DNA of 64,000 nucleotides from Bosea sp. (in: a-proteobacteria) (GTDB lineage Bacteria > Pseudomonadota > Alphaproteobacteria > Rhizobiales > Beijerinckiaceae). Below the pieces are notes generated by a model. That model saw only the letters and a list, made by a program, of their open reading frames with translations. It had not been told where the DNA came from and did no database searches. The translations under genes were made by a program, and so were the position numbers. Within the stretch, counting starts at the first letter, position 1; each line of letters opens with the position of its first letter. Positions 1 through 8,702 of the stretch are shown in pieces. The stretch lies in contig NZ_JAFKFW010000017.1 in the NCBI RefSeq assembly GCF_017308015.1, positions 16,783-80,782 of the forward strand, read 5' to 3'.

Positions 1-29
1 GGCGTCTCCTTGCTGGGAGGCATCGCCTG

Positions 30-362
30 ATGAGCACGGGACTGACCAAGCGCCAGCGTGCTCTGCTGGATTTCGTGAACGAGTTCACCGCCCGTGAAGG
101 GCAGCCGCCATCCTATGAGCAGATGGCGGCCGGTGTCGGCCTGCGCTCCAAGTCGGGCGCGTTCCGGCTGATGGCCAAGCTGGAAGAGCGTGGCGCTATC
201 CGACGCCTGCCGAACCGCGCTCGCTCCATCGAAGTAATCGACCAGTCGAGCCTCCCTCGCGAGCTTGAGGAACGCATCGCCACCTATTGCCGGAACATCG
301 GCATCCCTCGCTCGATTTTTGACCAGCGCGCCGCTGAATGCCTCCTGCGGGGTGCGGCATGA
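30..362 (+). CDS. LexA-like winged-helix DNA-binding protein lacking the peptidase domain
   Basis: LTKRQ..LLDF, PPSYEQM, LRSKSG..RL..LEERG.IRRLPNRARSIEV match the LexA N-terminal domain; only 110 aa. Confidence 0.85.
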   Translation: MSTGLTKRQRALLDFVNEFTAREGQPPSYEQMAAGVGLRSKSGAFRLMAKLEERGAIRRLPNRARSIEVIDQSSLPRELEERIATYCRNIGIPRSIFDQRAAECLLRGAA

Positions 363-961
363 CCATCACCGAGCCAGAAAATCGCCGTGCCCGCACATCC
401 CATATCTGGGAGACCGAGGAGCATCAACATTACGTTGAGCCGCCGTGGGTGAGCCGCCGCCTATTCGAGGTCGAGCGGTTCGAAGGTGGGATTTGCGATC
501 CCTGCTGCGGTCTCGGCAACATCCTCGATAGCGCCGTGCTCGCTGGCCATCCTGTCTCTGGCTTCGACATCGTCGATCGAGGCGCCGGCTTCATGACGGC
601 GCAACGCGACTTCTTCTCGATCAGCGATGCGAAGCCCAACATCGTCAGCAACCCACCATTCGACGGTATCGAGCGGTTCGCGCTCCATGCGTTGTCACTG
701 GCGGACCGTAAGGTCGCGATGATCTGCCCAACCCGGCGCCTCAACGCGGCTGGAAAGTGGCTGAAGGGCACGCCACTCTATCGCATCTGGTACATCACGC
801 CCCGGCCATCGATGCCGCCTGGGCAGGAATACATCCGCCTCTGGGAGCAGGGGAAGGAAGCCTCTGGCGGCACTGTCGATTTCTGCTGGCTCGTTTGGCT
901 CAATGGCTACGAGGGCGAGCCCGTCGCCCGCTGGCTTCACCGCGACGGAGACGCCGCGTGA
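359..961 (+). CDS. Orphan amino (N6-A/N4-C) DNA methyltransferase-like protein
   Basis: DPCCGLG motif I-like and IVSNPPF motif IV; ATGA overlap with the upstream gene sets the start at 359. Confidence 0.75.
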   Translation: MTITEPENRRARTSHIWETEEHQHYVEPPWVSRRLFEVERFEGGICDPCCGLGNILDSAVLAGHPVSGFDIVDRGAGFMTAQRDFFSISDAKPNIVSNPPFDGIERFALHALSLADRKVAMICPTRRLNAAGKWLKGTPLYRIWYITPRPSMPPGQEYIRLWEQGKEASGGTVDFCWLVWLNGYEGEPVARWLHRDGDAA

Positions 962-1224
962 GCCTCCTTCCCGACATCGTCGACAGCGGCGCGCTCGGCT
1001 GGACGCTGGTTATTTCCACTCGGTCCAACGGTACCGGCGAAGCGAAGATCACATGGGACGGGCAGGGGCAGCTCAATCCCGACTTCTACGCAGCCCGGAC
1101 GACCCCTGCAGCAGCGCTTGAATCCGTGCTGATGCGGGTCGAGCGCAACGGCGGCGTATCACCGCTCGACGTGCCGGTGCTCGTCGGCGTCCTGGTTGGA
1201 CACTTCCAGGCGAGGACGCGATGA
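958..1224 (+). CDS. Hypothetical phage protein
   Basis: GTGA and ATGA overlaps with both neighbours (translational coupling). Confidence 0.55.
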   Translation: MSLLPDIVDSGALGWTLVISTRSNGTGEAKITWDGQGQLNPDFYAARTTPAAALESVLMRVERNGGVSPLDVPVLVGVLVGHFQARTR

Positions 1225-2645
1225 ACGCAATGGCGCCCGATCAATTCACGGACTGGTTCCGCGAGATCTCCGAAACGGAGATGGCTCTCGTCGCCGGCAT
1301 GCTGATGGCGCCGCCTGCGATCAGCTCGGTGATGCTGACGGGCCTGACCGAGGAGCACTTCGGCGACATGTCTGCGGCGGCGCTCTATCGCCGCACCATG
1401 GACATCGTCGCGCGTGGTGGTGTCATCGACTTCCGGACCGTGATCCAGGGCGGCGCATCCGTCCTGATGGGCGAGGCTCAGCCGATCAATGAACTGATGG
1501 CCCGCATGGCTGCCATCGCTGCACCGGCCGGCTCGCTCGCTGACTATGCCAAGATCATCCGTAGCGCCTGGGTTGTCCGTCGCATCTTCGATGCTGCCGA
1601 CGGCGCGCGAAGCACGATCGCCACTTCAGATGTCACCGCACTCGCTCGCGGGCTGATCGACACCGTAGATGCTCTGCGCGACGCAGCGATCGATCAGCGC
1701 CGTTCCAGCCGGGGCAGCCTCGGGGACATCGCAGAGCAGGCCGGCCGTGAGGCCGAGGCCATGATGCGAGGCGAGCTGGAGCGGCCACCATCCTGCGGCA
1801 TCCCAGACCTCGATAAGCATCTGCCGATGCGTGGTCTGGCACCGGGCGCGCTCTATGTGCTCGCCGGGCGGACCGGGCAGGGCAAGACGCTTATGGGCTC
1901 CGCTCTCGCTTCGAAGATGAGCAGCCAAGGCGAAGGCACGCAGTATTATTCGCTGGAGGTGCCATCGAAGGAGATCGCCGCCCGCGTCATCTGCGAGCGT
2001 CTCGGCTCCAAGGGCCCGACCTACGGCCAGGTTCTCTCGGGGCATACGACAGAGAACGAGCTCGAGGCCTATCTCTGGGCTGCCGGGCAGGCGAAGAAGG
2101 AGCCACTTCGTCTCGACGACACGCCATCGCTCAGCATGGCCGACATCCTCGTCGAATCCCGCAAGTTCGCTGATCGCCTCGACAAGCAAGGCAAGCGCCT
2201 GAGGCTCGTCCTGATCGACCACGCCATGCTTGTGAAGCCATCCAGCCGTTACCAGGGCAATAAGGTCAACGAGCTCGGCGAGATAGCCAACTCCGCCAAG
2301 GTGATGGCGAAGACGCTGGAATGCACCGTCATGCTGTGCTGTCAGCTAGGCCGCGACGTCGAAAAGCGTGAGGACAAGCGCCCTCAGCTTTCAGACCTCC
2401 GCGCTTCCGGTGAGATCGAGGAAGCCGCCGACGCAGTCCTTATGCTCTATCGGGAGCACTATTACGCCACCCGCACCGAAGCCTTTCGCCGCGGCGATCA
2501 GGGCGCGCAGGACGAAGCCGAGGCCGTCCGCAACAACCTTGAAATCGGCATTGAGAAGAGCCGGCAGGGCCAAACCGGTCGCGTCAACCTCTGGTGCGAT
2601 CCCGGCCGGTCGATCGTCTGTGGCATCCATGGAGATGGCAGGTGA
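1221..2645 (+). CDS. dnaB: DnaB-like replicative helicase
   Basis: Walker A GRTGQGKT, YSLE, LIDH, CQLGR, DLRASGEIEEAAD, K.RQG.TG motifs. Confidence 0.95.
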   Translation: MNAMAPDQFTDWFREISETEMALVAGMLMAPPAISSVMLTGLTEEHFGDMSAAALYRRTMDIVARGGVIDFRTVIQGGASVLMGEAQPINELMARMAAIAAPAGSLADYAKIIRSAWVVRRIFDAADGARSTIATSDVTALARGLIDTVDALRDAAIDQRRSSRGSLGDIAEQAGREAEAMMRGELERPPSCGIPDLDKHLPMRGLAPGALYVLAGRTGQGKTLMGSALASKMSSQGEGTQYYSLEVPSKEIAARVICERLGSKGPTYGQVLSGHTTENELEAYLWAAGQAKKEPLRLDDTPSLSMADILVESRKFADRLDKQGKRLRLVLIDHAMLVKPSSRYQGNKVNELGEIANSAKVMAKTLECTVMLCCQLGRDVEKREDKRPQLSDLRASGEIEEAADAVLMLYREHYYATRTEAFRRGDQGAQDEAEAVRNNLEIGIEKSRQGQTGRVNLWCDPGRSIVCGIHGDGR

Positions 2646-3517
2646 GCGAGCGGGGCGTCTTCGCGGTCGACCGCGGCATCTTCGAGCATCCAGCTTTCCA
2701 GCGCGAGCCGTTCACGCAGCGTGAGGCATGGCTTTGGCTGGTCGCCGAAGCCGCGTTCAAAGAGCGGAGCAAGAGGGCGGACGGCAAGGTTATCCATCTC
2801 CAGCGTGGTCAGCTTTGCCACTCGATCCGGTTCATGGCGGAGGCTTGGCAGTGGTCCAAATCACGCGTCGATCGTTTTCTGACCATGCTCGAAAATCGGG
2901 ACATGCTGCGATCAGAAATCGGGACAAGAATCCCGATCATAACCATCTGTAATTACTGCGAATATCAGCGCGTGTCGCTACCCGAGCGGGACAAGAGCGG
3001 GACAACTTCCGGGACAAGAGCGGGACAAGAGCGGGACAAACTAGAAGACACTGAAAACACTGAAATAACCTCAGAGACTTCGTCTCTTCGGACGGCGCAG
3101 ACGCGCCTGCCGATGGCCGGGGTGGAAGAGCAGGCCAAGCCACGAAAGCGAGCATCCCGCCTCCCATCTGACTGGCAGCCCGATGAGGATCTGAAGGATT
3201 ACGCTCGTCAGCATCTGCCCGATGGCCGAACCTGCCATCACGAGACCGAGAAGTTCATCAAGCACTTCCAGTCGGCAAGCGGCTCGACCGCCGCCAAGCT
3301 CGATTGGCGCGCGGCCTACCAAAAATGGATCCTGACGGCCTCTGAGCGCTATCGGGACACACAGCCGCGCAACGGCTTCGCGGGCGCCTTCAATCCCTCA
3401 TTTGAACAGCGGTCCGGGCCCACTGGAGCCCGCGACGCGCCACGTCGTCAGTCCTCGAACGATCGCCTCGTTGAAGGCCTTTGGAACGTGATGGAGCGCT
3501 TCCCCGATGACGCATAA
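2642..3517 (+). CDS. Phage replication initiator (lambda O/DnaD-like position)
   Basis: GTGA overlap with the helicase; N-terminal wHTH-like region (AWLWLV..A, RGQ...SIRFMAEAWQWS); central tandem iterons; C-terminal DW.A...W motif. Confidence 0.8.
   Translation: MSERGVFAVDRGIFEHPAFQREPFTQREAWLWLVAEAAFKERSKRADGKVIHLQRGQLCHSIRFMAEAWQWSKSRVDRFLTMLENRDMLRSEIGTRIPIITICNYCEYQRVSLPERDKSGTTSGTRAGQERDKLEDTENTEITSETSSLRTAQTRLPMAGVEEQAKPRKRASRLPSDWQPDEDLKDYARQHLPDGRTCHHETEKFIKHFQSASGSTAAKLDWRAAYQKWILTASERYRDTQPRNGFAGAFNPSFEQRSGPTGARDAPRRQSSNDRLVEGLWNVMERFPDDA
2984..3039 (+). repeat. Tandem 11-bp iterons (GAGCGGGACAA x4 plus one variant), putative phage origin
   Basis: Direct reading; followed by an A-rich stretch containing ACACTGAAA twice. 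Confidence 0.85.
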
Positions 3518-4001
3518 TCTTCCGACGACCCCGCAGAAATCCGCATTCCCAGTTGGCGCAGAACTCGTTCGGTCTCCGACCAAGAACGAGATGGCAGCCA
3601 GCATCACGCTGCTGTTCGATGCCTTCTCGTCTAGCCAGAGGGACGCCCCCGAGCGTGTCGCTGCCGCCTACGTCATGGCGTTGAGCGAGTTCAGCGCCTG
3701 GTCGATCAGGGCTGGCATCGTCAAGCTCGTCCGCGGCGAATATCCCGATCTGCACGAGGGCAACTGGTTGCCGTCGACCGCCATCGTGTGCCGAGCCATC
3801 CGCCGCGCAGCCGAGAGCAGCCCCGAGACGAAAGAGCGCCTCTGGCGCCAGCGCCTCGATCACTGGCGGGACGGTAATCCTTGGAACCCCCATTGGGCCC
3901 AAGGGCCCGAAGAACCGGCGTTCCCGCATCTCTGCCCGCCGCACTTGCTCGCTGACTTCGAGGCGGCAACCTGTCAGCGCAACGCAGGGAAGGCGGCATG
4001 A
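3507..4001 (+). CDS. Hypothetical protein at the helicase loader/inhibitor position
   Basis: Overlaps the initiator stop; position only. Confidence 0.6.
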   Translation: MTHNLPTTPQKSAFPVGAELVRSPTKNEMAASITLLFDAFSSSQRDAPERVAAAYVMALSEFSAWSIRAGIVKLVRGEYPDLHEGNWLPSTAIVCRAIRRAAESSPETKERLWRQRLDHWRDGNPWNPHWAQGPEEPAFPHLCPPHLLADFEAATCQRNAGKAA

Positions 4002-4291
4002 CGACCGTTCCACGCGACTTCGGCGCATCGCCGATCCCAGGGAAGCCCGGCTTCACAGCTTGGTTCATGGCTCCCGGCGTCGGGTTCCGCACCGTCACGG
4101 TCGAGGGCGTCGTAACCCGCGAGAACGGCAAGCCCATCGCCCAGGTCTTCGACACCGAGGTCGAAGCGATGCTCGCCGCTGCCAGAGCGAAGGACCGGGC
4201 CGAGGACCGCGGGCGCCCTCCGCTCTCGAAGGCCGCCAAGGTCTTCAAGACAGCCGGCACCGGTCGAAACCGCCGCGCCATCGCAATCTGA
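3998..4291 (+). CDS. Hypothetical phage protein
   Basis: ATGA overlap with the upstream gene. Confidence 0.6.
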   Translation: MTTVPRDFGASPIPGKPGFTAWFMAPGVGFRTVTVEGVVTRENGKPIAQVFDTEVEAMLAAARAKDRAEDRGRPPLSKAAKVFKTAGTGRNRRAIAI

Positions 4292-4356
4292 ACCCAACCC
4301 CATTCCCGCACCGCGGGAACATCCCGGCCCAGCGAGGGCCCTCAACGGAGAAGACC

Positions 4357-4629
4357 ATGACGAAGAACGAACTGATCCAGGCGATCGCCGATGACAGCGG
4401 CAAGAGCAAGAGCGACGTCGCGACAGTGCTGGCGAGCCTGGGCCGAGCCGTCGGCGGCGCGCTGCAGCACGGCGGCGAGCTCACCATGCCCGGCATCGGA
4501 AAGCTGTCGACGACCAAGCGCCCGGCTCGCACCGCTCGCAACCCATCCACCGGCGCCACGATCGATGTCCCAGCCAAGACCGTCGTGAAGTTCAAGGTCA
4601 CCAAGGACCTCGCCGACGCGGTCGCCTGA
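4357..4629 (+). CDS. HU family DNA-binding protein
   Basis: MTKNELI..IA, G.G.....R.AR..RNP.TG..I..PA...VKFK; GGAG RBS; 90 aa. Confidence 0.95.
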   Translation: MTKNELIQAIADDSGKSKSDVATVLASLGRAVGGALQHGGELTMPGIGKLSTTKRPARTARNPSTGATIDVPAKTVVKFKVTKDLADAVA

Positions 4630-4633
4630 CACC

Positions 4634-5056
4634 TTGACCAAACTTGACCGGCGCATTCCCGCGCCGGTCTCACTTTCAAGATGCGGCAGGATGATGGGCG
4701 AGGTCGACAGAACGAAATTCAAGCCAGCACGCGACCGGGCCCCTCGGATCGCCGCGATGGCGGCTGAGGGCATGACGAGCTGCGAAATCGCCCAGGCCAT
4801 CGGCGAGATCAGCCCGCAGCGCGTCCGCGCCATCGCCAAGCGGTACTGCATCAAGCTGGCGCGCCCGGGAGCCCGTAGGTTCGGCACCTACCTGCCTGAC
4901 CGGAACGCGCGGGTTCTCACCGAACTCGCGACTGCGGCGAACGTCAGCCCCGCCACCATGCTCGATCGCATTACCCGCGTCGTCCTCGACGACGGAATCG
5001 AGCACGCCCGCCGCCGCCTCGGCAAGCTTGCACTCCCAACACGGCCACGCCCATGA
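4634..5056 (+). CDS. Putative HTH DNA-binding protein
   Basis: GMTSCEIAQAIGEISPQRVRAI resembles an HTH; start uncertain. Confidence 0.6.
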   Translation: MTKLDRRIPAPVSLSRCGRMMGEVDRTKFKPARDRAPRIAAMAAEGMTSCEIAQAIGEISPQRVRAIAKRYCIKLARPGARRFGTYLPDRNARVLTELATAANVSPATMLDRITRVVLDDGIEHARRRLGKLALPTRPRP

Positions 5057-5862
5057 ACGCTTTCGCCATCGCCATTCCCGGATATCTCGGCCCCGTCGAC
5101 GATCTCTCCAGCCGCATCGAGGCGATCGGGGAGGATGAAATCCCGACGCAGTGGACGCCAGAGCATGTTCAAAACCGCCTGATCGAAGCGTTCCGCCTCG
5201 TGCGCCGCAATCCGCGGGTAGGGCCGCGCGTGAACGCGAACGGCTGGCCGGAATACCTCCGCGAGTTCAGCGACCTCACCGATATGATCGAGGACGAAGA
5301 CCTCGCCGAGCTCCGCAAGAAGATTACTGCGGCTGAAGCGACCCGGATGAATGAGGCGCTCTCCTGGCCGATGCAGTACCTCGAGGGAAAGCCGCTCGCT
5401 GCAGACGCTCTCATGACATGGGCCTATGCCATCGCCATCAAACGCGACATGGCGGCGTTGCTTGCGCACCGGAAGAAGCGGGCCATGGCGCTCGCTGCGG
5501 AGATGATGGAGCGCCACAACGCGCCGCCGCATCTCGACCCAGATGGCGCCGTGAAGGACACCCGCGACCCAGCCGTGCTTCAGGCTTACGCGACCCGGCT
5601 CGAAATCGCCCGCGAGGTCGCGAAGATCACGAATGAGGCGCTCTCCAGCGCTCCCGTCCCCACCCACGCCCAGATCCGTTCCAACGCCCAGGCGTCATTT
5701 CGCGCCCAGTGCCGAGAAGCCGGGTGCCTACCCCTCGTCGTCAAGCCTCATGAGGCTATGCCGGGGAAGTGTCTGTCTCGGACGAATCTGGACAGGCAGA
5801 GGAAGGTCGCTGCCGCAGAGATATCTTCCCGTCTGAAACGCAGCGGTCGGACTATCAAGTGA
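5053..5862 (+). CDS. DUF6362-like protein at the Q/late-regulator position
   Basis: WTPEHV..RL.EA...GWPEY N-terminus resembles this alphaproteobacterial phage family; last gene of the early right operon. Confidence 0.55.
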   Translation: MNAFAIAIPGYLGPVDDLSSRIEAIGEDEIPTQWTPEHVQNRLIEAFRLVRRNPRVGPRVNANGWPEYLREFSDLTDMIEDEDLAELRKKITAAEATRMNEALSWPMQYLEGKPLAADALMTWAYAIAIKRDMAALLAHRKKRAMALAAEMMERHNAPPHLDPDGAVKDTRDPAVLQAYATRLEIAREVAKITNEALSSAPVPTHAQIRSNAQASFRAQCREAGCLPLVVKPHEAMPGKCLSRTNLDRQRKVAAAEISSRLKRSGRTIK

Positions 5863-5887
5863 AGCCGAAAGCTGGGCGGGCGCCATC

Positions 5888-6769
5888 TTAAATCCCGAGA
5901 TATCCTCGGAGCAGACCTGCGACTGCGTCAACGCTGGCTTTCCCGGCAGTATTCGCGGCGCCCTTTATCCATTCGCCCAGCGCCGTGCCAAACTGGCCTT
6001 TCTTGATGTCCCCCTGATCCTTGGCGAGCGCGAGGGGGAGGGCGGCAATTTGCTCTGCATGAACCCCGGCCTCGCCGAGAGCCTTGGTTAGGCCGTCGAA
6101 ATCGCCCGCGACCAAACCAGAGTTGTTGGCCTGCGATAGGTCGCCGCCCACGTTCGAGTTGATGACGTTTTGCCCGCCGTAGATGTAAGTGATCACTTGC
6201 TTCTGTACCTCTTCGGCGCCGACCTTTTCTAAGGGGTCGTCCGAGTCTCCAACCTGTTCTTGAAGTTCCAAGGCCAGCCTGAGAATGCGGTTCCTGACTG
6301 TGTCACAGATGCCGATCACCCTGCCAACGGGCAGCGAACGCCATGCTCGGTTTAAGCCGTAGCCGGCGATAATTTTCTCCGCATACATTGCAACCAAGTC
6401 TGCAGGCCAAGGGCTAGAAAGCTCGTCGCTCCCAGACTTGGCCAACGACTCGATCTCAGCGATCGGCTCCGGCATGCGAATGTACCGGATCAAATCTCGG
6501 TGTCGCTCAGATAAAAGCCCAAGCGGAATGGGTTGGTTGCGAATCTGCGCTCCGAGTGGCCCGACCATCAATCCGAAGGAGTTGGCGCCGAATATCCGAT
6601 ACTCCGGCAACGCGTCGTCGGAACTATAGCCGTCGAGTTCGGCTCCGCACCACTCCTTCAGCGTGCCGTTTTTCAGTCTTGAAGCAAGGACCAGGCATTT
6701 CCGCAGCAACACGGGCAACCCGATGTCACTAGCCGTCGCTCCCTCGATTATTTCATTGAGCAGTTTCAC
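5888..6769 (-). CDS. AbiTii-domain protein (putative abortive infection/defence moron)
   Basis: LL.EII..A......L..LLRKC.VLA.RL....L..W...EL.GY...LP.YR N-terminus; antisense to phage operons; visibly lower GC. Confidence 0.8.
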   Translation of the reverse strand: MKLLNEIIEGATASDIGLPVLLRKCLVLASRLKNGTLKEWCGAELDGYSSDDALPEYRIFGANSFGLMVGPLGAQIRNQPIPLGLLSERHRDLIRYIRMPEPIAEIESLAKSGSDELSSPWPADLVAMYAEKIIAGYGLNRAWRSLPVGRVIGICDTVRNRILRLALELQEQVGDSDDPLEKVGAEEVQKQVITYIYGGQNVINSNVGGDLSQANNSGLVAGDFDGLTKALGEAGVHAEQIAALPLALAKDQGDIKKGQFGTALGEWIKGAANTAGKASVDAVAGLLRGYLGI

Positions 6770-7094
6770 GGTTCGCCCCGGGCGATGCGCATCTACCAGC
6801 TATCGACACGCAGTTGACGAACGGCGGCAAGCCCTGGTGCCTGCTTTTCCCCAAATGTTCGCTTGAGCTGGCCAAATGCTACCTCTCTATGATCTTGTAG
6901 CAATGCAAGATTTATCCCCCCGATAGGGTGGTTGTCGGACTGCCATTTTGCGGGCATGCATTGGTCATCGTCGCGAAACGTGTCGGTGACGACACCCGCC
7001 CGGCCAGCGCCAAGCGCGAACGGCCCATGCGACGGTGCAAATAAGAGCGACGAGCGGTCAAGATTTGCCAGTTCTGGATGAGACGCCGCCAGCG

Positions 7095-7126
7095 AGCCCG
7101 GCCCCAGCGGTCGGGCTTTGTCGTTT
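7095..7126 (+). terminator. Rho-independent terminator candidate before the late region
   Basis: 9-bp stem AGCCCGGCC/GGTCGGGCT followed by TTGTCGTTT. Confidence 0.55.
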
Positions 7127-7187
7127 CAGGCCACAATGAGCGGTCGCCGCGATAGGGTAGCGCCTCTGATGTGATCGTTGTCAGTTG

Positions 7188-7382
7188 TCAGCTCACCTCG
7201 GAGTCCTGAACCGCGACGATCTCCGCAACGATCTGCTGAAGCCGACGGGTCGCCTCTTTAAGAGCTGTTCCCTCGTCCGCAGGGTCTTTCTCCGATGGGC
7301 CCAAGGCTTTGAGCGCGTCGCGGGACACCTTATGAGCCGCGCCAAACAATTTGCGGAGATTGTCGTTACGAAGCCGTTCCAT
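7188..7382 (-). CDS. Small hypothetical protein (64 aa)
   Basis: C-terminal part of ORF 7188..7916 from MERLRNDN; helical character. Confidence 0.45.
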   Translation of the reverse strand: MERLRNDNLRKLFGAAHKVSRDALKALGPSEKDPADEGTALKEATRRLQQIVAEIVAVQDSEVS

Positions 7383-7545
7383 GGCCGAGAGAATACGCGC
7401 GGTGTATGGATGCGGCCCTGTCTTATGACATCGCCCACCACATTCGCGATGGCGAGCGTTCCCTGCAGGAAGAACGCTCTCCCTGCTGCCCGCAGGGAAC
7501 AACGGTCGGCGGTCCCCGTTGCGGTTGCATTCGGAGGAATGCGCC

Positions 7546-7791
7546 ATGGCAAAAGGACAACCTGAATCCCTCGCTACCTTCGCCGCGACCGCCAGGAACG
7601 ACGGAAAGAAGCCCCAGGACATCGGGCTTGAGGCGACCCCTGAAACGAAGGGCCTCCCGACTGATCCAAAGGAGAAAGCCGACGCGGCGACAAAGGTGCT
7701 GCGAGAAGGCGTTCTCAAAAAGGACCAGGGCGCCGAAAAAGCAGTGGACGCGCTACCGGACCGCACGCGGGATGCCAAACCTCGCAGATAA
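7546..7791 (+). CDS. Small hydrophilic hypothetical protein
   Basis: GGAGG RBS, ATG at 7546. Confidence 0.65.
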   Translation: MAKGQPESLATFAATARNDGKKPQDIGLEATPETKGLPTDPKEKADAATKVLREGVLKKDQGAEKAVDALPDRTRDAKPRR

Positions 7792-7979
7792 GGTCTCTCG
7801 GTCGCCTTTTGAGGTTCGCGCGGCAGACGGACAAGGCTAAGGCCCGTGAGAGAGTAGACCAAGCGGCGGGAGCGCGCCCTTCGGGCTCCGCAACAAACCG
7901 CCGCCGTCAAAATCAAACCGGGGTGGGAAGCGAGGGGTCTAGTCCGTGCGAATTATTTCTCCCGCTTCGGAGCGTTGAC

Positions 7980-8534
7980 ATGCACGCTCGCATCGACCTG
8001 AGCGCGATCCAGAACCTGGCCAACGTCATGGCCGCGGCTGGTGCTCAGGTGCCCACGGCTGCAGCTCGAGCCCTAAACCACACGGTGGCCAAGGCTCGCA
8101 CCATCATGGTCCGCGAGGTCGTAGGCTCGACCGGCCTAAAGTACGGCACCATTCGCCGCGCTCTCAAGCTGGAGAACGCGACGCCCGGCAACCTGATCGC
8201 CACCATCAAGAGCAAGGGCGGCGACGTTGGGTTGCGACACTTCAAAGCGCGCGAGACCGCAGCAGGCGTATCCGCTGCCCCCCGCAACCATCGCCAGGTC
8301 TTCGCTGGCTCATTCCAGAAGGGCGGCCAGTTCCCAACCCGTGTTGCCCTGCGCCTCGGTGGTCATGTCTATCGCCGCGCTGGCAAAGGCCGGCTCCCTC
8401 TGGTTAAGCAGAAGTCTGGCGTGTTCATTCCTGAGGACATGGTCGAGGGCGCCAGCGAGGCCGCGTTCTACAAAGTCGCGCAGTCCGATCTGCCTGCGCG
8501 CCTCGCCCATGAACTCTACAGGGTCATAGGCTAG
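7980..8534 (+). CDS. Lambda gpZ-like minor tail/tail completion protein
   Basis: A.ARALNHT...ART motif; basic; GGAG upstream of ATG 7980. Confidence 0.65.
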   Translation: MHARIDLSAIQNLANVMAAAGAQVPTAAARALNHTVAKARTIMVREVVGSTGLKYGTIRRALKLENATPGNLIATIKSKGGDVGLRHFKARETAAGVSAAPRNHRQVFAGSFQKGGQFPTRVALRLGGHVYRRAGKGRLPLVKQKSGVFIPEDMVEGASEAAFYKVAQSDLPARLAHELYRVIG

Positions 8535-8702
8535 GAGCCTCTAGGGAGGCCGTAGACGGGCGGTGTCATCCGATGACCCGCTGTCGCCTCAGATCAGGGA
8601 AGGGCATCAGGCGCCCTCCTTCGCCCGCGCGCGAGGCATGCCAGACCCCTCAAGGGACCGTACTCCAGAGGCCGGGGACGGGGCGGCGCGAAGGCCCGGT
8701 TT

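Noticed and set aside
2984-3039. CRISPR array
   Set aside because: 11-bp repeats without spacers inside a CDS; no cas genes
7188-7916. 242-aa ORF as one gene
   Set aside because: It overlaps the better-supported 7546..7791 gene; only the last 64 codons look real
8535-8702. Exact cos site
   Set aside because: Position fits and short hairpins are present, but no cohesive end can be identified without end sequencing
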